A stretch of 64,000 nt of DNA from Octopus vulgaris. Taxonomy: Eukaryota. The notes below the pieces were generated by a model. The model had not been told where the DNA came from and ran no database searches. It worked only from the letters and a program-made list of their open reading frames with translations. The position numbers were made by a program, and so were the translations under genes. Numbering within the stretch: position 1 is the stretch's first letter; each line of letters opens with the position of its first letter. The stretch spans positions 114,018,001-114,082,000 of the forward strand of contig OX597816.1 in assembly GCA_951406725.2 (NCBI GenBank), given 5' to 3'. Positions 38,821-52,104 of the stretch are shown piece after piece.

Positions 38821-40260
38821 TTGTCAAGAACTCTTAGTTCCATCTTTATCTCTAATATTGGTGGAAATTAGACCAAGTCTCCTTCTGCAATTGTATGTGG
38901 GCTGGTTGACTCTTTGGAAATATCTGGAACATTGGATATTATGAAACTTTTTGTCAGTGATGTTTTGACTTGAATATTTAAAGGAAAAAGGATGAAAGAA
39001 AGAACTCATGTAGAAGGAAAGAACTTTGTTTCATACAAGAGAAGGAGTAATGAAAGATAAGCTAGTGAGTATCTTAGTCTGTAAAGATATATTAATAACA
39101 GAGATTTCTGAGCTAAAGAATGATGAGTAGTGGTATTTGGTAAAATTGGAACAGATCATTGCTTAATGACACAGTGAAAGATGCTGCCAAGGATTGAACT
39201 CAGAACCACATGGTTTTGAAGCAAATTTCTGAATCACATGGCCATGCCTTTGTTGAATAGATTTAAGTTAATTTAACTATTTGGTTCAATAATGATTATC
39301 TATATTGGCATGAAGCAATACATTTGTAGAGATTAAATATAAAGTTCATAGAAATGTTCTTTGTACATCACTGGTATTTAATTTATTGATTCTAGAAAGA
39401 GATAGAAGTGAATACTGGAAGGATTTGAAATTAAAATCTAAACAACAGTAACTAAATATACAACTTATATGCATGTATTCCAGTTGTCTAATCACAATAA
39501 TATACATGTTTGATCTTATTTTATATCAAAATATTTTCAGCAAGTTCTACTTGTCTCTCTTTTTGAGTATCTACCTTAACTTGAGGGCAACATGAGTTAA
39601 TATATCCTATTCTCACAAAGAGCCACCTCTCTGGCCTTGCCAACCACTGATCTGTTGTTCTTATTTTGTTTATGGTAGCATTATTATGGTATTAAATTAA
39701 CAGAGTCTTTATCCTGATGGACAGAATGCACTGTGACATTTGTTCAAGCTCTCTGTACACTGAGTTCAAATCCTGCCATTGGTTCACTTTGCTTTTCATC
39801 TCTTCAAGATTGCTAAATAAATAAAGTACCAATTACTGGAGTCACTTAAATGATGGGTTATAAAGGAGTGTTTAGGCTGGGCCTTACCCTTTCACTTCTA
39901 CTCTATGGATGAACATGACATCACAAGCAAGCATTATATTCACTTCCAAAACTCAATGGTGATGGTGACATAAACATTAATCATCTCCATTTCCTTCATC
40001 TTCATATCAATAACAATTAGTAAAAACTAAACCCACTGGTGGCATTTTCATCATTACACATGAGCTGTCTTTTCTTAAGGAATTTACTACAAAGCATTCA
40101 TCCATATCTAACAATGTTGACCATCAATGGATTTTACCTATCTTCAGCTTTCAGATTGAAACTTACCTGCCAGACTGTTCTTCACCGGAATTGAAATTAT
40201 GTTTCTGGTCACCTTTTTAAACCAATACTGACACATTGGTAAATAGATCGTCAAGCTTAA

Positions 40261-40481
40261 CTCTTTTATTACAATATTTGTGTTGAGATGCTCTTTGTTT
40301 CTTTCAATTACTTTAAATATAACAAAGAATTTAGTAAAATAACTTAGTAATCATTAAGCTAGTGTTAGGAACATAAATCGTGACTAAAGTTTGGTGGAAG
40401 ATTTTAATTCAAAACTTTTGAAAACAAGACGTTTGTACTACAAATCCAGAAGCAGTTTCGGCCAGGTTGGTAATGAAAGAG
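40261..40481. mobile_element. piggyBac-type MITE
   Basis: TTAA on both sides (40257-40260, 40482-40485); TIRs CTCTTTTATTAC / GTAATGAAAGAG. Confidence 0.8.
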
Positions 40482-42009
40482 TTAAACATCAACTGCATGA
40501 ATTTTCACAATTTGAAAGGGCTAATTATGAACTAAACTATAATCTAAAACAAATATTAACATTCAGCCATTCAGCCTTGCCAATAAGTTTACATCACATA
40601 AAAATATACATTTCCATTGATAACATAAAGAAAGCACAATCAAAATTCATCTTAACTGTGAAAGTTCTGGTCTTTCTTCATAACTTTTTACTATTGGATC
40701 AATTTTATACATTTGGAATTATGGATTACAAGACCAATTGGATGCTATGATATCAAAATTACTAAGAGTGGTTCATTTATCTAAAATACAGTTATATATA
40801 AAATATGTTTAGATGTTAGCAATTGCAAAGGAGTTGATTTCTGTAATAGTTATAATCAGATCTTTGGAAGTTTTTGTTATGTTGATGATACCCAAACTAT
40901 TTATAGATTCTAACAAAAGAGCAAATTGCTTTGAGAAACTTTGAAGCTATTGTATTCAAAGTCTGTTCAAAAAGAAACTAACCCATTAAAACAGCTCACC
41001 AGCCACCAAACACAGCATGAGTGCACCTATGATATTGTGTAGGGATAAAATTAACCTTCATTCCAATAATGGTAATGTCACAGTTGTTGAGGGAGTGTTG
41101 TATATGTAATATAGAAATAAAATAAGTAAAACCTGAAAAGTATTTTGTTCTTTTCTTAATGTTTCTTTAATTTCATTATTGTTTTGCCTTCTTTTACTTA
41201 TTTCTTTCTTGGATATATACCTATGTCACAATAAAGTAACATATTACTTATACCAGGCATAAAATATTTACAAGTCTATCTAAGATGATGTAAACAATAG
41301 TAGTCTCCTCTTACAGCACTTTAAATTGCTTTCCCCTTCAATAATCTCCAATTCCATGAGCCAGACACACTGAAGATCCATGTCATACTAGTATTATGAT
41401 AATGATAAATGTTATATCAAAAAATATATTTATTTGTTAATTCTGTAAACTGTACACCACATACTGTATGGTATCTTCCATTTTGTAACATGTCCTCAAA
41501 GATCCAGCAATTTGAAGAATATAAATCTTCAAGGAAAATATTTTCTCAGTGAAATATAAAGTATTAATAAATGACTAATATATATTATGCATTGATTAAA
41601 ATAGATTCCAGGCATATGCTTCACAAGTTTGTAACATTTTAATAAGTATATTAAATCTAAATGCAGAAAATATAAAAACATGTTTTAAGAAATATGACAT
41701 TTACGGTATGAGGAAATCTTTTCATCTATTATAAAAATAAAAACATCATTAAAAGCAAATTTTATCCTAGCTTACATTTTCTGCAGATTTTTTTTTTCTC
41801 TCTTTTAATATTCTTTGTATAACTTCAAACAGACTGCATAAAGGGATACCCTATTACTGTAGGATAACAAAGATATAAATTTAAGCCTTTTCACCCTCAG
41901 TTCAAATGACTCTGGGTCTTTGGAAAAAGAAGTATTGAAGCAGAAAATAGATTCAAGAAAGAAAAGATTGAAGGGATAACGAAAAAAAAAAAAGAAGATA
42001 TTTGAAAAC

Positions 42010-42570
42010 ATGGAGAAATGTCAGGTTGGCTGATTGATTAGCAATTTATCGCCAGTTTCAGAGGGAGCTGATTTCTTCTCTATTGGCAGTTAAGCTTTGA
42101 TTTTCCTGACTTAGCTGCTGCCAATTTGTGTTTTAGAATTGAAGTGCTATAAAATCACTCAGTTGATTCAGTGACTTAAGCCTTACATCATTGACTTTAT
42201 GTCGGCTTGTTAAGAAACAGCATGACAGAAGAGGAATCTGCTAGAAGCATATATATATATATATATATACTGATTCATTAATATAATATACACAGTATCT
42301 GAATGAGTGAAAATAATATATTGAAGAAATTCTTTAAATATTTCAAATGATACCATTATGGCTTAAAATCTAAATTGATAGCTGGTGTGTGTGTATGTGT
42401 GTGGAGGAAGCTATTTAGGTTTAGAATGAAAGGATCTTAAATGATGTATGTCTACATATTTTATTTCTGTTTTATTCCAGACAACAAGTACGTTTGATAA
42501 AATATGTTTTCCTTTTAGAATTGAGATATAGAATTAATTTTTTTTTCTTTTCTTAATCAGAAAGGTAAGA
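42010..42570 (+). promoter_or_regulatory. Candidate cis-regulatory island / internal promoter with downstream splice signals
   Basis: Non-repeat, relatively GC-richer 230-bp island with ATTGG/CCAAT and TGA(C/T)T(C/T)A motifs, followed by AG/GT splice-like pairs at 42480-42488 and 42560-42565. Inference only. Confidence 0.35.
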
Positions 42571-42900
42571 ATCAGTGTTGTGAAATTGTTAGATATACTA
42601 GAAATTCTCTGATAAATTAATTATATTAATGCTATTTGATAATGGTACATATTTTAAAATCTAGAAATTCTGAACCCAAAAGGGAAGTTATTATATAAAT
42701 TCAATGTACAATATTGAGGTTTTTACTTTAAAATTTAATAACTATGTCATTACTACATTCAGAAATAACTTCAATAAACTGCTATATTAGTTTGTTAAAA
42801 ATTACAATACTGAAGCATCATGTGAAGGAGTTTACTGACAGCAACACAAGTTGTTAAAAACAATCTCTTAAAGTTAGTTTAGCCAAGTGACATTTCATCA

Positions 42901-43116
42901 TAAACCTCTTGATCTGTTCTTTACATTAATCTATTTATAAAATATCTGTTCTGTTTGTTAGTTGTACTGTCATCATCATCATCATCATCACTATCATCAT
43001 TTAATGTCTGCTTTAAACGATGATGATGACGGTGATGATGATGATGAAAGCACAACTAACAAACAGAATAGATATGTTATAAATAGATTAATGTAAAGAA
43101 CAGCTCAAGAGGTTTA
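42901..43116. repeat. Fold-back inverted duplication (long hairpin)
   Basis: 42901-42965 vs 43052-43116 are reverse complements with 3 differences in 65 nt, continued inward by (CAT)n/(ATG)n. Confidence 0.95.
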
Positions 43117-43864
43117 GCTATTATAAATGAATCCAGTTGCTCTAGGTTTTGAGAGTGTTATACTGTAAGGCATCACAGGAAACCATTTTCCTCCATTTAT
43201 TATTAAAGCTTGTTAGGAAGATGGTACAGTCAGGCTAACTAACATACTTAATGAAGTGAGCTACAAGAAAAAATTAATTAATTGAAATTATATCCATATT
43301 GATGAAGCAAATATCCCATTAACTTAACGATTAACTCTGGTCAAGAAAGATAGCAAAGAAACTTCAGTTATAATTAAAAATAGAATGCTGTGGGAAGTGA
43401 GTCTGATCTTAGCTGTTGAGTGGGACATCTTTTTTCTTTTATTAAACCTTTTCATTGAAGCATGGAGCATAGAACATTCTGCTGAATCTTTTGATTAAGT
43501 TTTTGTTAGTGTTTTTAAAGGTTTCCATACATTCCAATTAGAAATTTGTTTCAATTATTATATTTAGCCTTACTTTGTCCCCATTGATATTATTACTATC
43601 ATCTTCATTCTCAATGTTCTGTAGTAATGTCTATTTTCCCATGCTATCATGGGTTGGATATGTCTTCAAATCAGAACCCCTCTTTATTATCTAACATTTG
43701 AAACACAGCAGTTTCAAGGCTTACCTGATTTGCTTTACCTGAATCTTCATTGATCTTCTAACTGAAATGTCCCCTGTTATAGACTCAGAGTTCTTTGTCC
43801 TCCACTCCCTCAACATAACCAGTCAATGTCACATGGTAAACATTTTTATTAATGAATGCTGTTA

Positions 43865-44070
43865 AGGCAGCAGGCTGGAAGAATCATTAGCATTTCTTTT
43901 GGACCTTTACATTTTGAGTTCAAATACTGCTGAGGTCAATTTCACCTTTAGAGCTAATAAAATAAAATACCAGTCATGAACTGGTGACAATGTAGTTGAC
44001 TACCCTCTCCCCAATTGTTTGACTCCCCTCTTCCCAATTGAGGATCTTGTGCCAAAATTCCAAACAATTA
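43865..44070 (+). mobile_element. SINE family B, degraded
   Basis: Head and B-box recognisable. Confidence 0.7.
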
Positions 44071-46074
44071 ATGTGTAATTTCTTCAATTCACTTCCACTT
44101 TTCTTGTATTCAGATGTACTTCCATGGAATCTGCAATGATGATTTGATGATAGATCCAGTTGTCAACTCATGTCCTGGCTGACCACATGCCTATGAGCCT
44201 AGCAGAAATCTTTAAGTTGATCTGAAAGGCAAAACGGGATTGCTTGTAATCATCCAAGTTCTTTTCTTGCAACTGCTCCATAAAAACTACTGTTGTACCA
44301 TTGTTTGCAAAATCTGTTGAGTAGTTCTAGTCAGTTCTATTTAACCATAACAGACTGTATTCTTGGTATGCCTGGGGAATTTCATGTATTTCACTACAAT
44401 GAATTAATGATATAACAGGAATGGGTAAACCCCTGTTAGAACTAGGTCAAACTAAAAATAAATCAGCAATTTAGAATAAAGATTTGTTATGAGTGTAGAA
44501 TAAATTTGTTTACTTAGAATTATTTTTAAGATTTTTTTTTTTACCATTAAGTGGTATATAAGTCAACATATATAGTTGAGTTTTATGTTTTGATGTATAA
44601 TTAAAATGCTTGTAGGTCAATGTATAATAGTTCTGGGTCTGTTGGTGGTCACAGTAAGAAACGTGTAAACATGTAGTATTTATGCTAGATCTAACACAGT
44701 AGTTCTTTATGCATGAACAAAATAAAAGTAAATAATAACAGGTTGATGTATAATATGCACATTAAGAAATGTTATTTTTTGCAATATTAGGATGTACAAA
44801 AGGACCTTATTATTTTGAAAATAGGCCTGTTGCTGTGTTCAGTCTGTTTATGCTGTAAGCATTTATGACTTATTACAAAATGAGTGGTTAATTATAAAGA
44901 GTTAAAATTGTACAACATTAACGCTTTGAAAATTGTCACAGCAAAGCTTAATATTCTAATTAAAGCAATTGAATTGTGCAGCTATTTTCCTCCTGGTCAG
45001 CTTGATGGGCTCTGCAGCATGTAAATTTTGTGTCATAGATATATACAAACATACTTTCAAATAACTTAAGACTGAGGTATTTGATCATTTAAACAATTTT
45101 TATTAACATTAGGAATATTTACGTAACAATACCAGTTACCAGTCAGTGTTTTCTCATCATGGTCAGTGGCTTGTAATGAAAAATTGGATTCCTCCAATTA
45201 ATATGGTGCGATATGTTGGAGATCATTGTTAGTATCATCAATAGCTGACTCTTCAAAAGACAAACGAAGGCCAATATCCACTCAAGAAATCGACAACATG
45301 CTCTTGTCGCCTGTGTTGGCCATTTTGAAACTGATATGTTGTGATGTCATGCACCAATTTTGCTATTTACAATTAAACCAGAAATTGTGTTGATTGTTTT
45401 TGGATAGATGCAGAAATCGTTAACTTTAACAATGAATATCTCACTTATTAATGCGCATTTGTTTAGAATTTTTTTTATTAACCAATTTTATTCATTTCAA
45501 AGTACAAAATAACACCAACATATATTATGGGTTCCTGGACACTGTAAGACATTATTTATACTTAACATATTGCAGCTTCCTTTATTTTCCTGGCTGTTTT
45601 ATTTAATATCTCAATACAGCTTCTTTATTAGTTCTTCCAAACATTGTTAATGAGGTGACCCCAGTAGAACAGTCACTTAATAAAACAATTTGAAACACTG
45701 GGAGTAAAAAATCTCTTTTTATCAATCCATGTTATCCGTTATAATTGCCAAAGAGGCTTTGTATATTGATTTGAAACAAATTGTGTTGAAACAATTTGAA
45801 ACAAATAGTGTTGAAATGCATAAGGAAAAAACCCTTAGTGTGTAATGAAATAAAGATAGTTTGATGGTGTCTATGACAGATCTGACTCCTATATGGAGAG
45901 ATGCTGAATAGAAAAACAAACTTAAGCAAAAAAACACCTAGAAAATTGAGTACCATTATCTCTATTACAATATTGGAAGTGATAAGCTAGTTGCAAAAAA
46001 TATCAGAGAAGTTGCTTTTCTTTGGGAAGGGAATGTTATTTGTTTTTGTGTATTAGGTTGGATAACAGCATGGA

Positions 46075-46700
46075 GAGAAAGCATGAAAAAATAGATGTTG
46101 ATAGAAACCAACTCAGGATACAACGTTGGATAGCAGGTCAGGTGTGGGGACATGTACTGTTGCAGTGCAAAATGGCATTCACTATTTTTTGGTATATAGC
46201 TGGGTTCTCTCAGACAACCTGTTGAAAAGAGTCCCAGTCAGTTCCCATCTCTCCTCATCTGCCATGACTATGTGGCATGTGGTCAACCAACACGAGCTGT
46301 CAACCAGATCTTCAATGAAGAGAACATAGTAAGTAGGGTTTAATTTGGAAAATCGAGCATCATGGCTAAACAGTCTGAGATGGTGCTCCTGAATCATACA
46401 GCAACAGGTTGCATCCTGGTTTCTGAGTAGAGTTGTTGGTGGATGTGAAATGTAATCAATAGTAACCCATAATTATGCAAAGTATCCTGATACTAAAAGA
46501 GTTCAAGTAGCTCCTAATGGCTTTGGATAGTGTCCAAATCTCACAACTATAGAGTGGGACTGGAAGGACCAGGGACTTAATGACCTGAAATTTTGTTCTC
46601 TTGCTCAGATATTGGCAGTGCCAAATAGCCTCGCTCAGTGAGTCCACAACTGCAGCACCAGCTTACCCAAGTCTTTTTTAGGACTTCAGACTTGCAACTA
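46075..46700 (-). pseudogene. Decayed RTE (BovB-like) LINE ORF C-terminal fragment
   Basis: IWHCQYLSKRTKFQVIKSLVLPVPLYSCEIWTL and IQEHHLRLFSHDAR resemble RTE motifs 'TK......LV.PVLLYG.E.WTL' and 'R.LR.FGHVAR'. Confidence 0.85.
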
Positions 46701-47988
46701 ATAATGCTATGAATCTCACTGCTGAATTAAATGAGGCAGTCAACAACTTCAACAGGATACAAGAACTCAGGTATTTCATAGAGCTGGAATAACTACAAAA
46801 GTTTCCATACTTTGTAAACACATACACAAAGTGGTGAGGCAACAAGTTGGGATTAGTTTTGTGAGTGTGTGTGTGTGTGTGTGTGTTAGGAAGAAAAGAG
46901 TGGATTAGAAAGAAAATTAGGCTGTGAGTCTTTTATATTTGGATGATATTTTTATCTCTTATTCCAACACTTCACATTCAGTTGTATCAGATTTTACAAG
47001 ATTTTGTAGAGAGGATTAATATTTAAGAAATATCTATTTAAACCGACTGTCCAATTACATTGTTGGTTTTTAAGTATTTAAATAAAGAATAATTTTTCAG
47101 TGATGTGCTTAGTACGATTTTAAGATATCCTTTTCAGTTGCAGTAGTTTTGCAAGTTTGCTTTTATCTACTTCAACAAACAAATTAAAATTTTTTTTGTT
47201 TCTATTTTTTTCTTTCTTTCATTGTAATTCTTTCAAAATATATAATATCTTAACATTCAGTTTCTCTGCCAAATCAATTAGCTTCAGAAGAATAAATAAA
47301 ATTTTCAAAAATTTTACTAAGTAAAAAATAACTTCAGAAGAAATTGTTGTGGTGTTTTCTTAACATATAACAAATAAATTGTTGTATTTTGTATTTTTAT
47401 GACACTTGTTTGCAATTAAAAACATCGGTTTCAATTGCTAAGAAAGGAATAAAAGTTGATAAAAATTATGTTTCTATTGTCTCCATTTCTTAGAAAATAG
47501 TGAGATATATTTTAAGCTGTATTATTGTGAAAAAATAATATTTTTATATTATAACTGAATAAATTCATGATTAATAATCAGTAGATAAATTATTGAAGTT
47601 TTAATGCTTTTTTCTTTCATATCAAACTTAGTTTTAACCTTGAGAAATAAAATGTTTAAGAAAATGCAACAATTTAAATTTTCAATCATTATTTAAAGTA
47701 GAAAATGCGTAGAATGTTTGAATGTTTTTAGACAATGCAATGTGAATTGAAAAGCACCCATTTTGTGTATGTATGTAAGTGAATGTTTGTTTCCCCTTGT
47801 GTTGACGTTGTGTAAGGTTGGTAAATGAGGTCTCCTTCATGTCTGCTATTCCAAGAAAATGTGTCTGGCTATGAAGAAAGATTTCCTTGCATGGAAACAG
47901 GTGAAGCCTGGTGACAAGAAGGACATAGAAAATCTGCATCAAGTAAGCATGGAAAAAATGGACATTAAGATAGTAGAGGTGGTGGTGA

Positions 47989-48026
<38 letters not shown>

Positions 48027-48034
48027 TCTTCTTT

Positions 48035-48516
48035 TTCTTCTTCCAATCAGGACTCACGCCATTACCCACAAAGAATAATTTCTAATTCAAGCCTACTCTA
48101 AGCTACTAAGAATGTGCGTGGCAACATGAAGATCCACCTACCAAACACGATAGACTGGCGGTCGCACGGGCACGAAAGCTACGTTGTTATCCTCATTCTG
48201 TAAATGGTGGCTTTTAACGGGTAAGGAGCTGAACCATCTTGAAGTACAGAGGATTCGCAATCTAGACTAGGGTCTGAAAGTTTACCACACCATAGTGGGT
48301 TACACCATGGTTCCTCTGCTTTATGGCAGAAGTAGGAAGAAAGCGTGAGAGAAAGTTGTGGTGAAAGAGTATAGCGGCCCCCTCCCCGCCCCGGAGCCTC
48401 GTGGATCTTAGGTGTTTTTGCTCAATAAACACCCACAATGCCCGGACCGGGAACTGAAACCGCGTTCTTACGACCGTGAGTCTGCTGCCCTAACCACCGG
48501 GCCATTGTGCCTCCAC
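48035..48516 (-). mobile_element. CpG-rich tRNA-derived SINE (distinct family)
   Basis: Minus-strand head GTGGAGGCACAATGGCCCGGTGGTTAGGGCAGCAGACTCACGGTCG...GGTTTCAGTTCCC with A/B-like boxes; flanked by trinucleotide repeats. Confidence 0.75.
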
Positions 48517-48679
48517 TTGTTGCTGTTGGTGTTACTGCCACTTCTGCTGCTGCTGCTGCTGCTGATGATGATGATGATAATAATGATCTGTTTTCTTTGT
48601 GGATACTTCAGAAATTCAATTTCTAGAAATTTAAGTGAAGTGATTTTGAAAATTACTAATTTTTCAAATGCGGTATTGA

Positions 48680-48880
48680 TCTCTAATTGTAAAGGGAACA
48701 TGTGGCAAGGGTAGACCCAGGAAAACATGGGACGAAGTGGTGAAAAAGGATCTACAGACGTTGGGACTCACAGAGGGGATGACAGAGGACCAAGTCTCTT
48801 CAGGTGGTCAGCTCCTGTCAAACCATGTAACCGATGCCAGCATGGAAAATGGACGATAAATGACGATGATGATAATGATG
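48680..48880 (+). pseudogene. RTE-clade LINE extreme 3' end with (GAT)n tail
   Basis: GRPRKTWDEVVKKDLQTLGLTEGMTEDQ then GCCAGCATGGAAAATGGACGATAAATGACGATGAT. Confidence 0.8.
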
Positions 48881-49512
48881 TTTTAATAGCTATTGACTGA
48901 AACATCCAAGTCTGATATGTGCAATATCATCACAGTTTTACTCAAGTTAATGAAGAATGTATTTTAGGGATGTTTTTTACATTTTACAGTTCAAATTAAG
49001 AGAAAGATTTTTACATCCTCAATAGCAGTATTTCAGATTAAAATTTTGTGGATAAAATTTTAGAGTAGAAAAATCAAAAAAATAAATACATTGTTAATAA
49101 AATTATTTGCTTATAATTTTTATCAAACTTATTGTAGAAGGGAAATTTCATCCTCTATATTCAGAGATAGCTCAGTACAAATGTTTCCATCAACAAATCC
49201 ACATTTGAAAGATGGCCATTAAAAAAAAAAATTGTTTATTTTTTAATGAATTTGGATATTTGATACTGAGTTATTCGGATCTATATTCTGAATATATATA
49301 TTTGCAAATCTGTATGAGTTAATAGCAATTAATCTGTTATAATAAAACTAATGTTTGCTTAGTGCATGAAGAACTTCAAACATTGTTTATTCACAATTTT
49401 AATTCAAGTAATTCCTCTGAAGAAAAACACTCTGGTCAGAAAATTAGATGGAATTTGTCAAGATAACCATACTACTATGTTTAAATATGCAATTAAAGTT
49501 TTTGGCATTATA

Positions 49513-49543
<31 letters not shown>

Positions 49544-50041
49544 CCGTGCCGGTGACACATAAAAGCACCGTCCACTCGTGGCCGTTTGCCAGCTCTGTCT
49601 GGCAACCGTGTCGGTGGCACGTAAAAGCACCATCCGTTCGCGTCCATTGCCAGCCTCGGCTGGCCCCCGTGCCGGTGACACGTAAAAGCACCGTCCGTTC
49701 GTGGCCAGTTGCCAGCTCTGTCTGGCCCCGTGTCGGTGGCACGTAAAAGCACCATCCGTTCGTGTCCGTTGCCAGCATCGCCTGGCCCCGTGCCGGTGAC
49801 ACGTAAAAGCACCATCCGTTCGTGGCCGTTCGCCAGCTCTGTCTGGCACCTGTGCAGGTGGCACGTAAAAAACACCCACTACACTCGCGGAGTGGTTGGC
49901 GTTAGGAAGGGCATCCAGCCGTAGAAACACTGCCAGATCTGACTGGGCCTGACGAAGCCTTCCAGCTTCACAGACCCCAGTTGACCCGTCCAACCCATGC
50001 TAGCATGGAAAACGGACGCTAAACGATGATGATAATGATGA

Positions 50042-50045
<4 letters not shown>
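49544..50045 (+). mobile_element. Young SINE family C copy with internal about 61-bp tandem repeats
   Basis: Five alternating units CCGTG(C/T)CGGTG(A/G)CACGTAAAAGCACC... at 49544-49870, CpGs largely retained, then RTE-type tail. Confidence 0.85.
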
Positions 50046-50090
<45 letters not shown>

Positions 50091-50111
50091 TATATATATA
50101 TATGTACGTAT

Positions 50112-50151
<40 letters not shown>

Positions 50152-50224
50152 TATAACATATATGCATATATACATATACATATATATATATATATATGTA
50201 CATATAACATATATGCATATATAC

Positions 50225-50286
<62 letters not shown>
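50045..50286. repeat. Compound (TA)n microsatellite with higher-order duplicated interruptions
   Basis: GTACATATAACATATATGCATATATACATATAC block repeated. Confidence 0.95.
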
Positions 50287-50289
<3 letters not shown>

Positions 50290-50847
50290 AGCATAATAAC
50301 TTTGTACATTGTTATTTGAATTTAATTCTGTTAATTATAAACAGATTTTTCATGCTGAAATTTCCAGTGATTTGAACTTCATCACTATTGTAGGCTCCCT
50401 CTGCCACTGGGACAGGAGAGTTGCCAGATAACTGAATTTTCCAGATATCTGATCATCACTTTTTAAATTTACACAGCACCTAGCAAAACTCATTAAAATT
50501 TTCTATATACATCAGGATTATCATTAATATTTTGAATGTAGTAAAAATGCGAGACATAGAAAGAAATAAAAGAAATATTTAAGTAAAAAACGAGTTTTAT
50601 TAACCTAACAAAATTACAGGTGCTTTCAATGCAGTGAAATAAAATACTGTTCTGCACTTTAGGAAGAAATGGCCTACTCAGATACAATAGAAACTTTGTT
50701 TTAATGACAATTAACTGATGCGAATTAACAGAAAGTCTTTTGACTTTAAAAAACACCCATTTTCTGGGTGCTGATTGCTTGGGAGTTATGGTTATTTGAG
50801 TACTGTATCTATATCTTTTCAAATGTTTAAATTTTATTTTCATCAGT

Positions 50848-50882
<35 letters not shown>

Positions 50883-52064
50883 TCTAAGGATATTATTTTG
50901 CATGCACCATGTGTATAAGGTAGATGTATGTTGACGATTATGTTAATACCTAAGTCAAAACAATTCTCAGGGCTTTAAAATTGAGTAAATTATAGTATTT
51001 ACTGTAAAATATGTTTTCATAATAGTTCTTATCAGATGAGACATGAGCTAGTTGCATGTTTACTTTAGATCAGAAATTTCAAAAGGCATTACACCAGATC
51101 TGTTGTTGCCTGCCAGTAAATATTTTTTTATTGCTTCATTTTTCAATAAATATTGTTTCACTGTGGCACTTGAATACATTCCTGCAACCTTGGCCCTTCC
51201 TTTAATCTAAAACAAAAGCATCCCAAATTATAAAAAAAAATTAACTTTCTTATAATTTTCCTACCAAGAAAGCTAGTATTTTTATCCTTATAATTTAATT
51301 AAATTCAGCATTTGCCTTAAATCATTATCTTAATGTTTGATTATGAATTTAAAAAACGAAATAAAATAAAATAACAAAAACGAAAAGATATTTTAATTTG
51401 ATTTGGATTTTTATCTTCCCAGCCCTATATTTTGAATTTGTACAGCTATAAGCAGAATTGTAACTACTTTCTAAAATATTTTTGCTCAATATGGTTTCAT
51501 TGTTTACCCACAGAGTTCTTGCAAGCAATAATTCACTTAATGTTAATTATTTAATTGGTTTTATTTTGTAATTAAATAGAAAAAAATTAACCATTAATTG
51601 CATATTTAGCAATGTTTAAAACGGTTTTCACATTTATTTATATTTCTTAAACAAATTACTTATAGAGAAATTAATTGGTTCATAAGCAGATCTGTGGGTA
51701 AATATTTATAAATTGCTATTTAGAGACTTTCACAACTTTTTTAAAAGATTGTTGTACATTTGTTAATATATTACTATTTAGTGATATCCAAAGGCAAATG
51801 AATGTGCGATATTAGAAATAGATAATCTGTTCAGGAACAGACTAGATTTTATTCACTAAGGGAAGTTTTCTAAATTACTTTTGGATTTAGAAGTTATTCA
51901 AAGAAAATTAGTATCAAGCATAAACAATTATTGGTACAATAATTGTTTTCTTGATTTGCTATTAACAAATCAAGAAAACTTAGTTAATATTTTGATGTAA
52001 TTAATGCCACTGATGTTGAAAAAGAAAAAAAATGTGAATGGTCAACAAGACTTTTAAAATTGTC

Positions 52065-52104
<40 letters not shown>

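Noticed and set aside
40161-40256. Consensus CAG|GTAAGT donor on minus strand
   Set aside because: No convincing acceptor or recognisable peptide.
49544-49870. Regularly spaced repeats resembling a CRISPR array
   Set aside because: Intervening sequences are themselves repeated, there are no unique spacers or cas genes, and it lies in a eukaryotic SINE.
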